Below, one piece after another: positions 1 through 13,300 of a stretch of 36,726 nt of DNA; position 1 is the first letter of the stretch; each line of letters starts with the position of its first letter. The notes beneath the pieces were generated by a model, which worked only from the letters and a program-made list of their open reading frames with translations, was not told the DNA's origin and did not search any database. Source of the stretch: Nemertoderma westbladi (taxonomy: Eukaryota > Animalia > Xenacoelomorpha); assembly GCA_032718475.1 (NCBI GenBank), contig JAUCBJ010000241.1, forward strand, positions 1-36,726, written 5' to 3'. Both the position numbers and the translations under genes were made by a program.

Positions 1-1021
1 TAAAGCGCCACGTCCTAAAGGAACTGTTAATATTTCCCGAAAGCCAATAATATCTGTCAGAGATTAATTATTAACGATCTATCGAATAATACATTAGGTA
101 TACACTACAACCTTACACTGTAATAATACAATTCAAGCATCCGAATTCAGTCTCCCGGGTGTAGATCCATCGGGTGAATGATCGCGCATGGGCTGACTTC
201 GGCTAATGTTTTGCGTATTAGCATAAATTATTGTCGTATGCTAAAGTGGTTTTAATTAACGAAAAGACATATAAATTTTGGCAGGTTAAACTGCTAAAGG
301 TCTTCGAAAGCGCGAACAAAGGTTAGATCATTAACTGTAAGGGAACTCCTCTGGAAAAGGTAACCAGAGGGATATCTTTCGTCGAGTGGGTGAGATATTC
401 GAAAGACCCTTGTACGATTCCACAGGCAGGCGCTATCTAGTAGAAATGCCTACCTCCCTTCCCACGTGACTTCCGATTTCGCTCAGGGAACCTGCCGTCG
501 GTCCAACGAGTGGCCTGTCGGCTGTCGAGGATATGTGTTAGACCCCGGAAGCAGTGTAATAAACAAGAAGGGTCTTGTTGATTGATGTTTAATGGCATTT
601 ACTAGTAATAATATCTCACCAATAAGAGCTATTGCACGTACGGTGGGAGAGTAGCGTAATCACCAATAACACAATTTAAATACTTTAGTAAACATAAGCG
701 AGTAATAGGGAAGGTGACATTTACTGTAGAAATGCACCTATGGAATAAACTGCTTTACCAAAAACATAATGTTATATACCTCAATAATTGGCACCAACAT
801 CCGACTACTCTCCAATATAGGTTACACCTTCACCTATTGTATACAAATTACTAGCAACTTCTTTCTTAGCCGTGAGTGCCCTGGTATTTTCCCCCCTATG
901 TACTAATAGTCCCCTCCTACCGTAACAAATAACCAAATGCATTATCCTTACTGTATCACACCCCTACAGTAGTTATTGCATTATTGTTCGGTCTGCCAAT
1001 AGCAATAGGCCTACATATTTA

Positions 1022-2204
1022 ACACGAAGTGGGGCCTTCGCGCAGCACGTGACTTAAATTTAATTTAAGTACTAATTCGAAAGTATTACTGTATTAGCAA
1101 ATTTTAAGCAGATTTCGCCTAATCACTTTTTACCTCTTTCATTTCTATTCAGACATTTCTGACTCTAGCGGTATAGTGAGAACTGAAGATGGATTAGGGT
1201 CTCCAGCCCCACAAAGACACAGCCTATGGATGAATAGTACATACGTACATCGGCCAAGTTTCATCTTGAATAACGGATAACGAAATGAGAGACGGATCTC
1301 ACTTTCAGAAATTTCGTCGTATAGCGGCAGACCGATTAAATCTCCGCCCCCCCCCACAAAGACGCAGCATGTGGTCCAGAATATATGGCAAGATTCAGCT
1401 TAAACTGATTAAAATCAATGAGACGGGAGAATCTATTCACTTTCAGGCATAAAGTAGTCCTATAGCGGGTGACTGTTGAACTGATTTTCAACAAAACAAA
1501 TTTTCAACTTGGCAGCTTTAAATTCGACAAAGTTATAAGCATGTCAATATCATAACGACGACAACGATTTCACTTTCAGACATTTGTCCCTCTAGCGGCA
1601 GACTGGAGAACTGCAGATGGATTCGCCTCCTTTGAAAGTCACAGCTAATGGTCTAATACATATCTGCCAAGTTTCAGCTTATACGGATTAAAAGCAAAGA
1701 AATGGGAGGGCATTTAATGTTTAGACATGTGGCCCTCTAGCGGGAGACCATTGCACTGATGGTGTCTGAAAGTCTCTCAAAAATCTCAACTTTAGCTCAT
1801 ATTGATACCTACAAATTTTCAACTTGGCAGCTTTAAATCCGACAAAGTTATTAGCATGTCAAAATCGTAACGACGACAACGATTTCACTTTCAGACCTTT
1901 GGCCCTCTAGCGGCAGGCTGGATAACTGCAGATGGATTCGCCTCCTTTGAAAGTCACAGCTAATGGTCTAATACATATCTGCCAAGTTTCAGCTTAAACG
2001 GATTAAAAGCAAAGAAATGGGAGGGCATTTAATGTTTAGACATGTGGCCCTCTAGCGGGAGACCATTGCACTGATGGTGTCTGAAAGTCTCTCAAAAATC
2101 TCAACTTTTGCTCATATTGATACCTACAAATTTTCAACTTGGCAGCTTTAAATCCGACAAAGTTATTAGCATGTCAAAATCGTAACGACGACGACGACGA
2201 CGAC

Positions 2205-2236
<32 letters not shown>

Positions 2237-2331
2237 CAACGACGACGACGACAACTATTTGCATAAATTGACCCACCCCCTAACAGTGTCAATTCGCTAA
2301 GGCTCCGCCAACTTCGTGGCTCGCCCCACTT
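1022..2331 (+). mobile_element. Non-autonomous Helitron/Helentron-like (HINE-type) element with internal 315-bp tandem repeats
   Basis: Head gtggggccttcgcgcagcacg (also at 10338 and inverted near 13760). 315-bp period (tttcaacttggcagc near 1502, 1817, 2132) built from ~155-bp ccctctagcgg subunits. (ACG)n at 2185-2252. Tail gctaaggct..acttcgtggctcgccccac is also at 13957-13990. Class inferred from architecture only. Confidence 0.6.
2185..2252 (+). repeat. (ACG)n microsatellite
   Basis: Direct inspection. Confidence 0.95.
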
Positions 2332-3140
2332 CTCTAACAAATACATAAAGAAATTAGAAAACGTTACAGCATCACACATATCAAATGTTACAAAAATATG
2401 CTCCCGCCAGCTAACATTCGTCATAAACCAGCAGTTGGTTGCAGCTAGAAATGGCACGGTTCTATCAGCAGTAGTGGCAGGGTATTGTAGTATATGATGC
2501 TTGCTGGCATCATGCAATAACTTAAACGATTAGAGACTACTACGATTATCGTAGATAACTACGATTAGAGACTGTTATTATCATTTATAGCTAAGATGGT
2601 TTTTATTATCGTCTAAAAGTTGTTTGATTTGAAGCCCCAACCGCGCCTCCGTTATTAAATTATTACGTTGCAATTAAAATTATGGCCATGAATGAGAATG
2701 ATGACCTTTTTGACTTCGTTATTGACCTCAATCAAGGCAACTTGGGAAACATAGTGGAAGGCTATACTGTGGAAGATCAAAAGATTCTCCCATTATTACC
2801 CTCATTGTATTATTAAATGCATTATGTTATGTGTTTAACCAATTCAAATTGTATGGTAAAATTATGGTGTGGTAGTTGCACGTATTTCGCACAAAAATTG
2901 ATTTTTCCAGAACTTCTTTGTCCCTGGAACGCTTTTTCCTCTCTATGGCCCTGCACATTGTATCTTCTTAGTATGAAGGCTTATCCAAGCAGCAGCGTAA
3001 ATGTAAACTACTAGTAGCTCTGAATAAATTTCGTTATTCGTTAATACGTTGGCCAATAAGAGATTATCATAAGTCATGTTTACATGAGCTACAATTCACA
3101 TAATTTCCACACAATTTCACACAATTTCATACGTCCGTCC

Positions 3141-3318
3141 TGGTCATTCGGCCCCACACACCCAGGACGAAGGTCCGAATGGGACTAAGGTCCGAATGGG
3201 ACGAAGGTCCGAATGGGACTAAGGTCCGAATGGGACTAAGGTCCGAATGGGACTAAGGTCCGTAAAAATAGAGCCAATGATGGACACTTTCTGACATTTG
3301 TCTCATTCGGACCTTCGA
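3141..3318. repeat. 17-bp tandem repeat (about 6 copies, 3165-3262) with an inverted copy, MITE-like
   Basis: gggactaaggtccgaat repeats; reverse complement cattcggaccttcg at about 3304-3317. Confidence 0.8.
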
Positions 3319-4179
3319 CAGAAAAAAATCCAATGGATGTATTGTGAATATTACTATCCTATAATTAGTATTTACATAATCTCGTAATTGCAACTTTCCA
3401 CTCGGTATTTTGTAACCGTTGACTTGCCATTTTGTAATTTTATTTGTCATTTGTAACCTTGAAACGTTGTATAATTGCTAAATTCTGGAAAATGCAGAGG
3501 TGGCCCTGAAATATGGCATAATGCTCTTCATCTATCGCCTTTTCATTAAAAACAAATTCACTCTGTCTCAAACTGCTGATTCAAATGGCTTTATGTTTAT
3601 AATTGCCCGACTCTTGCGACAGTATAGTATCATAATAAAATTGATTTCAAACAAAATTAACTTAACGTTTTAATGGCAGGTAGGAATCCATTGTTCCTTC
3701 CATTGGATTAATCTTAAGGGGATGTATGTATATATTTATATTAAATCTTCGGATATTGAATTAATAGTATTGTAATGTTAAATGATGTTGTTGTAAGTAT
3801 TGTATGTTAGCAGCAGTACGTAACATCCAGTCCAATGTGGAATTGCCGGTTATTTTGGGATTGATGGGGATGCATCAGTGCAGTGATCTGTAATCCATTG
3901 TGGTGCAATATCCTATAGGAAGCTTGTTGTATGATTGATTACCCACTTTTCTCGTACATTAACATGCTACTAGGTGGCTGTCTAGTATGGATGGATGGAG
4001 ACGTCTCAATTACCTAATATTCAAAGGAGAAAATTTTATTTCTAAATATGCTGTGGGGAATAATCGTCAGTGCAATGGTGATCAAAGCGAACCAATTTCT
4101 GCTAATTCTAATGATATGAACAAACAACGATGTGATTCATGGGTGCAGTTTACAGAAAGACACCCACATGTTCCTGGTA

Positions 4180-4530
4180 ACTGATAAAACTAAATAAATA
4201 TGGGTCTGTTGGGGATGCTGTATTGTACTTAACACAATGAATCCAGTATTGTGTGACAGGAGTGCTGGTTCTACAGCTGTTATAAATAATCGAACCTGAA
4301 GCTTCTGACGTATTCTATGAGACTTCAAAATTATGGACAGCCTATTAAATGCTGCTGCCCATTCCTTCACATTACGTTTTCGAACGTATTCTTCACCTGA
4401 CATCCGGATCCATAATCCAAAGTAGCAGTGGTCACAAGCATATCATCCTTAGCTCATATGATCATGCACTTCCTGAGCATTGTCGAAGTTAGCTGTTAAA
4501 GTTGTGTTCTTCAAGGTGTAAACGCAAAGA
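4180..4530 (-). mobile_element. Old RTE LINE fragment
   Basis: WAAAFNRLSIILKSHRIRQKLQVRLFITAVEPALL is an RTE C-terminal motif, homologous to 5990-6100. Confidence 0.7.
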
Positions 4531-5623
4531 CTCTTAAGACTAGAAGCAGACTATTTTTTTGAGCTGAGGAGCCGTTGAGCCCCATCTAGGATTCTGAGAG
4601 TTCTCTTACGTCATCAGGAGAATCTAGCAGAGTAAGGAACATTGGCTGGATTTCCTTAATTTCTGAAGCCAGTAGGAGTGTTGTCACTTTCAAGCCCATA
4701 TTAATTATGATGGTCTAAGGATATCCGTACAATATATAACCCGCCAGAATTACAATTGTGAATGTATCAAATGTGCAAGTGTGTTGTGTTCAATTGTGCA
4801 ATAGCAAGTGTGTCATACTGGAAGACTCATAAAATTTTGAATAGATCTGTTACACTATCAGCAGTAGACACTTAATGTTGAACCGTCGAGTGATATACTG
4901 AGTAATCTTATTACTGCAATAATTTGTTCAGGAATTTCGTGTCCTTCTTCGTTAACAATCTTGAATTATCTTTTTAAGAGTCAGAATGGGCTCATGCAGA
5001 AATCGTCAACCTAACCTACACAGATCCCACCAGATAAGTAATGTAGTAATTATATAGTAAGTATAGTTATAATAATAAGTAATTATTCAACTGCTGGTCA
5101 AAACCAACTTCAACTGTTAGGAATTTGGTCTTTTTAAGACCGAATTTACAAAATTAAAACTCACCCTTTTTCGCCCATTTCATCATGGTCTATCAAAACA
5201 TCCACTGCCACTCGATTCAGAGCACCTAGTTGTTACAACCTATTCATTGATTTCTAGCCAAGAAATTGTTCTTTGTTTGTGTTATTGTGCAATTTGTATG
5301 TCTCCGCGGCATGGCCTTTTTGGGCTTCCTAATATCTTGTTATGGGATTACGCTTAAAGTGATAACACCGATATGCTACAGTAGGTCACCAAAGATAGGA
5401 TAGATTTAGATAGGATATTAGGAAATTTACAAATTTCTCTCCATGCTGCATTAATTTGTCAGAACTTTGAAAAATTGAAATAATGGATTAAATATTATCT
5501 CTCATTTAATTTCAATATTTATTTTCTACTACATCTTAATAATATTATTTGTCTTTCATTTAAGATTCATAGTTGTGGTTGGGTGAAAGTTTAGCTTTTG
5601 AAATAACTGCATATTCTCCAACA

Positions 5624-5632
5624 ATGAATTAA
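5624..5632 (+). promoter_or_regulatory. Minimal uORF (ATG AAT TAA) 5 nt upstream of the Akt start codon
   Basis: acaATGAATTAAaggcaATGG; lies within the predicted exon 5565-5683. Confidence 0.45.
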
Positions 5633-5637
5633 AGGCA

Positions 5638-5683
5638 ATGGAACCGGTGGTTGTATTCAAGGAAGGATGGCTGATGAAAAGAG
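5638..5683 (+). CDS. Akt: Akt/PKB serine-threonine kinase, coding exon 1 (PH domain start)
   Basis: Translates MEPVVVFKEGWLMKR-G (human AKT1 MSDVAIVKEGWLHKRG). 46 coding nt followed by donor AG|GTTGGT, phase 1 as in AKT1. Strong context GCAATGG, in-frame stop upstream (TGA 5599), candidate acceptor tctttcatttaAG at 5563-5564. Confidence 0.93.
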
Positions 5684-5789
5684 GTTGGTTATTTTATATT
5701 ACATCTAGCATTCAGATAAAATAGCTTCAAAACCGAATAATGCAGAGAGGTGACGACGGCGGCGAAGGTGCAAATGTAAAATATATAAT

Positions 5790-6310
5790 AAAAGGAGGAG
5801 CCCAAAGGTGCCTCTGCTCTTCGGAGCAGATTCATTCCAGTGTTGGTCTTTTTGTAAACTCCATGAAGACCAAAATTTTGATTGATCGTAAGGGCATAAG
5901 CTCCAGGGATAGCTTGCTTGGGCATGTGGATGACGTCTGCTACTTGGATCATTGGTCCGGAAGTCAGATGAAGAAGACACTGTGGAATGGGCATGGGCAG
6001 CATTGAATAGCCTGTCCAGGATTTGGAAGTCCCACAGAATAAAACGGAACCTCAAGGTTCGATTATTTTGGTTAGCAGTAGAACCAGTACTCTTATATAT
6101 GAGTCCATGCTTGGCTCTAACTGCAGAGGATACCAAATCTCTGGATGGCACTTATACAAGAGTTTATTGGTGTCAAGAACAATGAACACATCTCCAATCA
6201 GACTCTATACAAAATTGGAGGTGTTTCATTAGTCTCCCCCAGCTTGACACTTGAACGGTGCCGCCTCCGGTTTACAGGACATTGCTTCCGCCGTGAGGGC
6301 CAGCCATAGG
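5790..6310 (+). mobile_element. Old RTE LINE fragment
   Basis: AQRCL...VGLFVNSMKTK...VDDVCYL / AWAALNSLSRIWKS...LKVRLFWLAVEPVLLY...SLDGTYTR / RLRFTGHCFR. Confidence 0.8.
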
Positions 6311-6995
6311 AGAATTCAGGATGAGGGCGCTTGTAAGCGTATCATTATTCAATCAAATTATAATGCAATCAAAAATGGAACAGCGTTGGCCGATTTATTG
6401 GATATTGTAGACGAGTATAATGACTATTCTGGAAATATTTCCAAAAATTTGCAAGATAGCTTACTGCTGGAATCATTATTCTTTTCAGCTCTTGATTACT
6501 ATTCATTCTCGTTAAAGAAATAAAATAAGTGTTTCTTTTCACACGATTATGGAGTATATTCTGGATAAAAGGTAGCAAAGTTATAATAATTTAAAGAACT
6601 TGTAAACGACGAAAAATGTCAAAAAAACTTGTAAAAATATACCGGGATACCATTTCAATGATATTATACATTAATATAAATTTGTTACATTGTCGCGCTC
6701 AAGATCTGTAACTATGTGACAAATTTACTAGAGTATTAGATAATTCATTGTTCGTGATTTAATTAACCTTCCAACAGTAGGCCTACTTGAGAAAGAAATC
6801 AATCTAATCAATCCAATCAAATCAATCAATAACAATCTACCTACCCTACAATACTAAAAAAATACTGTAACAATACTGTAAGTATAAAAATGAAATAGGT
6901 TGAATTCCGCAATCATTCAGATAGCAGTCTGTATCATCTGTATGCAGACTCAATTACTTTCAGTTCGTTCTCAATCCTCTCATCCTCCTTAGCCT

Positions 6996-7507
6996 TTAGA
7001 CAAGGTGATAAACAACGGCAACCATAGGCAGTACAGCTGAAGCGAGCAGAGTAGCAGCAGTGTTACACAACTCCTTGTCGTCGCAGCAGAGAGTGCCCTC
7101 CGAAAGTGTCATGGCTGCGCATGCCTTGTCGCCGCAACTGCGGGTTACTGATCCCGCAGAGAAACTCGACACACTCACTCCACTCTCTATTTTCTAAAAA
7201 TATTATTAAATTGATAGAATTAAGTTTGTATCCTACACACCCACTTTATTTATGTTAATTTTATTTATTTTATTTTATTTATGTAATAAATTTTAATGCC
7301 TAAAATTTATTTCAAATTGTTCTCATAGTGAAAGTGAATTTTTGCTCTACTTACGAGGCAAGATGGGCCAGTTTCGCAGGTTCCACCCGTAATGGGGCTA
7401 TTGACGCTGACAATGTTGCTAGTAACTTCTGACTCAGTCGAACACTTAAGGCCACAGGTCACAGCGACGCAGACAGATATTACAGCCAATACAATTAGCA
7501 GCTTCAT
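6996..7507 (-). CDS. Ly6/uPAR (three-finger) family secreted, probably GPI-anchored protein, paralog 1; exons 7507-7355 and 7193-6996, 116 aa
   Basis: Signal peptide MKLLIVLAVISVCVAVTCG, then LKC...GTC...PSCL | phase-0 intron GTAAGT..tttttAG | KIESGVSVSSFSAGSVTRSCGDKAC...LCCDDKELCN and hydrophobic tail TAATLLASAVLPMVAVVYHLV*. Eight mature Cys ending in the CC-x-CN signature of LU domains. Confidence 0.88.
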
Positions 7508-8869
7508 TTTAAGCAATGAGTTCTATCTGGAACATAAATAATTACCAATAACTATTTAATTAAATATTGCTGATTAATTTATAAGTTAAGTCCTTTCTAC
7601 CTTCAATATAATATTATAATATTACTCATTGAGTTGCTATTTCTACTGAATAATTATCCTTGTGAGTGGTAATAACAATGAGATTTATAGTTTGTTTAAG
7701 GGGGTGATGGTAATTAAAACAAAGCATTTTGGCATTAGTTCTCATGCGATTCGAGTAGGGAGCATATTATGTTCTATTGTTATTATTCGGGGTCGGTAAA
7801 TGCCAAATGCGTTGTTGCGCCATAAATGATTCACTAAATAGTTAACGTCATTGTTAGAAATATCTAGTTACTATAATTAATACTCGATGCCAACAAACTT
7901 GGGCCGTGATTTAATTTAATGATCTACCTCAATAGTTTGACTTTGGCATCTTAAGGTCAATCAATTTACCGGCCTATTCTCTTTGGTCGGTCATCGCCAG
8001 TAAAACATGAGTCAAACAGGTTTTACGCAATGAGTGCATTCGCAATAATTTATCTCACAAGCACCTCATAGCCAATCACACTATTATCACTGCCAACAGA
8101 AAGTAACATCAGTATCTATATTATTTATGCTTACTTCAAATATGAAACAACTATAGAAGAACCATTTAGCCAACATAAATGACAGTGGGGGTGAGGTGGC
8201 TGAGCAAACAAATTGTTACACGATCGGTAAAGAAATTTATGATAAACAAAAATTATCAAAAAAGTATTTATCAGTGGGACATATATATATATTGAAGGAA
8301 ATTATTCATAAATTGGAGTATAATACAAACCAAACAAAATGTACAATAGGGTAAGAGTAAGGTTCGAAATAGTGATGTTCTAAAATAATTTAATTAATAG
8401 TGCATTAATCTGTAGCTGTGATTCAATTGGAAATGAGTAAATTTTACATTGGACTGTCGCACATTAATCGTCATATCTTGGAGAATCGCCGCTACCAGAA
8501 GCCGCGGAAGTTTTTGGAAACACTAAAAACTTGCGCGAGATTTTAATGCAACTGATGCAAATTATTATTTCAATAATTTTACTGCGAAGATTTTTTTTAC
8601 TGACAAGTGACAAATATTACCAAATGTTAAGATTATAACATTATAAAGTGGTTTGCTTTATTTATTTTAGCGCATCTTTTATATGATATGGATTGCATTG
8701 TATGTTGACAAAAAGTCCATTTTTTGGAATATATTATTTTGGGTCGATAGATCTGACGGGCATCGCAGAAGATGCTCCCTATTTTAATATTGTAGATTTC
8801 GATCAATAAACTAAACTTAGGCTCTACCAACTTTTGGTCCACCCACAGTACATATACTTTAGGTTGCTT

Positions 8870-9420
8870 GGGGATTTTGTTTCTGAGAACACCGGATCCC
8901 ATATAGAATATAAAATATGTCCCATTTCGATAAAATCAAGAATCAGGAAGTAAGCAAGGTGATGGATGACCTTCGAATACGTAATGTGAAGTCCTCTGCA
9001 GCAAGAATGGGCTGCCCACACAAGATTCGGAAAGTTACTATTTTTAGATATTTAGAGCAGCAGTAGAACCAGTACTCCTCTATGGGAGGTCGATATGTTG
9101 GTCTCTATCTGCGACACAAACGTTCTGGATGGCACATTCACAAGAATGCTGCGTCGGGTTCACAGTGTCACGTAGAATAAACACATTTCCAAACAGAAAT
9201 AAAACAGCGTTGAAGGTGTCTCATTGGTCCCCCCAATCTCCGCTTCGCAGTACATTGCTTTCGCAACAATTTTTCACAATATTTTGCTTATTCAGCTTCA
9301 TGGAAAGGATAAGCGTGACGCTTGATTCTTGAGAGAACTCTTAAAGGACTGAATATGCGGATAATCTCGAGAAAGTCATGGGGGATAGGGGGATGTTGTC
9401 GATATGCCGGCCTAGCATTC
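8870..9420 (+). mobile_element. Highly decayed RTE LINE fragment
   Basis: gcagtagaaccagtactc is shared with 6074-6091; LDGTFTRMLRR motif near 9125-9155. Confidence 0.65.
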
Positions 9421-9569
9421 TTAAAGCACGTTGCATTGCAGCATGTTGATTATAGTAGCATAGTAGTGATTATTTAAGACAATAGTATGTAAGATAGCAC
9501 CTACAGTAGTTACCCATTCAAGTGGTGTCCTACATTACTGTTCAATCAACCTACAGTAGTGCCCATTCA

Positions 9570-9860
9570 AGTTTAAACCCCGGCAAATTCCCCCTTAAAA
9601 ATCATATTTGATGAAATGAAATTTTCAAAAAACGTCTCCAAAAATGTGCCAAAAGTAAGGATAAAAATATGAAATGGTGCTATAACTCGAAATCTTCACA
9701 ATATTTTTTTAAACCGTATTAATAGTACACCATTAGGAACACAATAGATATTTAGGAGAAGTCATAAAATTTCAGATTCTCAACTGCGTTTGTTTCAATG
9801 TTATAACAAAAAAACACGAGGGGCATATTGAACCCCCACCCCCGGGTTTAATAGGGATAA
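9570..9860. mobile_element. piggyBac-like MITE remnant
   Basis: Right end cccccgggtttaatagggataa (CCC...GGG/TTAA-like terminus); degenerate left end tttaaaccccgg. Confidence 0.35.
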
Positions 9861-10334
9861 ATCCACTGCCATATCTCGAAGTGCATTTTCGTTCTTTTAG
9901 TTTTTGAATATTGTATTAAAAACTTTTGCTAATAAAGTAATTATAACTTAAAATTTAATGTCAACAATAATTTATTTCATCAACTTACAGTTTCTTTTAC
10001 AACGGAGCAGCTTCTTTTACAGAAGAGGCGAGGTAATAACAGGATATTGTCGAATCGATAATATTACAAGAAGTAATGTGATGGAATTACATTTGAATAG
10101 CCATTGACATTTAATTTACCATTGTTGATACAGTTGTCAAGACAATTTGGCATAAATAAACTGTTTTGATCAATTACCCTACCAAAATGCCGCTGGTATG
10201 TACCCATAGTACATGTGTATATAAATGCCATTAGTCAGTTACGTCATACAGTAGCTATTTAGCTATCTGAATTCCAACAAAAATCAATATGAGTGTATGT
10301 ACCTACTCTTATAAGGTTATGCAGAGAGTACACG

Positions 10335-13300
10335 TTCGTGGGGCCTTCGCGCAGCACGAGGCCCAGTTATGAGATACAAATTAAAATTGTGCGACTGTAT
10401 CACAAAATCAGGTTATGAGAGATTAACCAACACCACCAATTAATCAAAGAAAGGGGGACAGTACGTGTTCACCCCTTTTAATCTGCACCCCCCCCCCCCC
10501 CCCTCCCTTCCCACCCACCAATACATAACCGCGACATCTACCACCCACGGAAGGGTAGCACGAACTTATTTCCAAACGCACGTTCAATATGCAAAGCCAG
10601 GTGGTTTATAGGAATATAATCAATGCAGTACTCGTCTTCATTATAAGCCTCTTTGCGTTCGACCTGTTTTGATTAAAATATATTTATTAAACGCAGGCTG
10701 ACGCTCTTTATAATAATAATACCTAGGGATGCCAGCTTCCAGACTTTCAATCTTTACTGCCGCGCAAACCCCGCAGAGGAAGTTTTGGTTTGAGAGATCA
10801 AGCCCATCGGCAATTGGTGTTTCAATTTCGGTCCAGGAACTCTGACAATGGGAGCATTCAATCTTAGCTGTGGTCCATTCCCATGGTTTCGGCTTCCTTT
10901 TCTTCGTCCCAATGACAGATTCTTCTGAAGACGTTCGATTCGCTTTCAGTTTATTGTTGGCGTTTGTGTTTTGAAGTTGTATTCGAGTGGACAGTCGCGC
11001 CGGTTTCGAGGTAACCATACCGACCTGTGATAAGCGTTGGTTTTGTTGAGTGTCGGTATTCATCTTCTCTCACCTCTTCAATGTCAGATGTTGCAAATAC
11101 TGATAACACGAATAACGGTATATATTTCAATACTTGTCAATAGTAATATATATAATTTAGATAACTATTTTATATCTGTACTGTTGAGCAAACTCTACAT
11201 AAATTTCAACCTGTGTATCGCCGGTATGGCTGTTGCTGTGCAAGTGCTAGTTGCCACCGGTCAGCCGGTACCGGTAGTAGGGTGGTACCATGGCCTACTA
11301 CACACAGGCCATGACAAGGACTTTGCTGTGAAATTAGCGTAGGCTGACTGGTGACTGATGAATTATCAAATATTATATTTTCCATGAATGCAGGGTCCAT
11401 ATTTAAAAGAAGATGACTAGATTTTCGTAAAGAATTTAATTGAAACAGTATTTAATAATAAATAAATTAATTATCGCTCGAGTTCCTGCAGCTTTTATTC
11501 GTGGCAGGAATGTTTGAACGCTAATAAGTCGGTCAATCATGGATGAAATGGAACCAAACTTGGTACACTTGTAGTCTTAAAAAAATTTAGAAATTCTACA
11601 CACAGACAGACTTCTACAGTTCCCCGGTCTGCCGCTAGGGGGCGAATTAACAGAAACGTAAAAATAGCTGTAATTATAGAACCAACGATCAGATTCTTCT
11701 GAAATTTAGTAGTAGTTACCTAAGAGCATTGCTTAATTAGAAATTCTACAGAGACTTTTACAGTTCCTGTCTGCCGCTAGTGGGGAATTGTTAGAGCTCC
11801 AGTTCAACGTGCTTAGTACGGTTTAATAAACAATCAATTAATTATTTTATTCAATACAGTAATTATAACAGTAAAATGCAATGTATTCTATTTTTTAGTG
11901 AAATCAAGAATTAGGAGGGGGGTGGGACTAGACGCAAATCCCATCTTGGCGAATTAATATCCCGCCTCAATATTAATTTCTAAATTTTGGGAAAGGAGCA
12001 GGTTACAGTGGCACGTTATTTTAACCAAAACAATAAAGTAAACACAATAGAACAGGTTACAGTTTTATTTTTGAGAGTAATCAGCTGTTGTTATTTGCGT
12101 CCAATTTCCCCTGGAGAGGGATGAATTTTTATTGCGTCCAGCCCCCCCCCCCCCCCCCCCCTATCTTGAAATCAAATACCAAAAATATATTTATTATATG
12201 AACAATCTATTTGGAAATTGTAAGTTCGGCCTATCTCTTTACCATAAGCTCAGTATCTTTATCTGGTGTGTTTTTATTATTTTACCAATTATTTAATATG
12301 TTTGATAGAATTGAACAACACCGCCCAACACAACCAACTCTCTATCCGCCTCGAGCATCGAGAATACGAGAAACTCGATCGAAATACCTGCTTATCCCAG
12401 TAGTATCCGTCCGTAGTCAGTCACCGGACCGCTGCGGTTTACTCCCGTAGAACAGTAGAATTCCCGCAGCTTCCGACCCAATTCGACAACGAATTCGCTT
12501 CACACTTTCGCGTCACAGAGAACGTAATCCAGTGCGATAACGTCTGCCCAACGTTCAACCATTTCCCCCAGGCGATCCCAGGATCCGGGCCGCCGCTAAA
12601 CCCAGATCGCAATCCTCGTCGATTCGTCCAGTCGTCGACGTAAGTCAGTAAGTGGGACTCTTCCCACCGCACTCCAAGGTGGGTGACCGGAGTGAGGCAT
12701 GATGAACTTGGCAGTGGCCCGCATTACGATCTGACCGACCGCCGTATTCCCAGTGTCTGAGTGTAGTAAATACCCAAATAGAATCGTACTGACAAACAAG
12801 CAATTCCGTAGTATTCCCCCGTTAATCACCTCTTGAAGCAACTCGGCTGCTCGGGTCCAGATACATCGGACTGTCGGGAGCGTTTCAGACATCAGACAGT
12901 AATGGAGCGATATTTGCGAATATTTCCAATGGTTTTATAATAAATAAGGGGATTCAACAGTTCAATGCTAAAACAAATGGATTATTCCTAACCCCACCCC
13001 AATACAGCAATATACCTAACAGTATATAGCTTAGGTACCACAGTCTGACTAGCTTTAAATATTAGAGTATGAAAATTATTATAGGACCCTCATGGAAACG
13101 AGGTATATACCTCATGAGGCTATCCTTACACCAGAACCTTTTATTTAAGTAAATAAACATTTTATAAGTTGACTATCTACATAAATCAGTATTGGTGCTC
13201 CTAAATATCTAGTGTTATTAGGCCTACTTGTACTGTAGGCCTAATATCGTAACGTAATCTTTATAAATGTATTATTGTGAATTTTAAAAGGTTTAATTAT

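Noticed and set aside
1-800. LTR retrotransposon with PBS-like tggcaccaac at about 789 and a GC-rich 350-550 segment
   Set aside because: No LTR pair and no gag/pol motifs recognised.
2134-2517. Protamine-like poly-Arg ORF
   Set aside because: The Arg run is the reverse strand of the (ACG)n microsatellite in a repeat element.
7645-7689. TATA (7689-7684) plus Inr TCAGT (about 7647) promoter for Ly6 paralog 1
   Set aside because: Spacing of about 42 nt is too long for a canonical TATA-Inr pair, and such motifs are common in AT-rich DNA.
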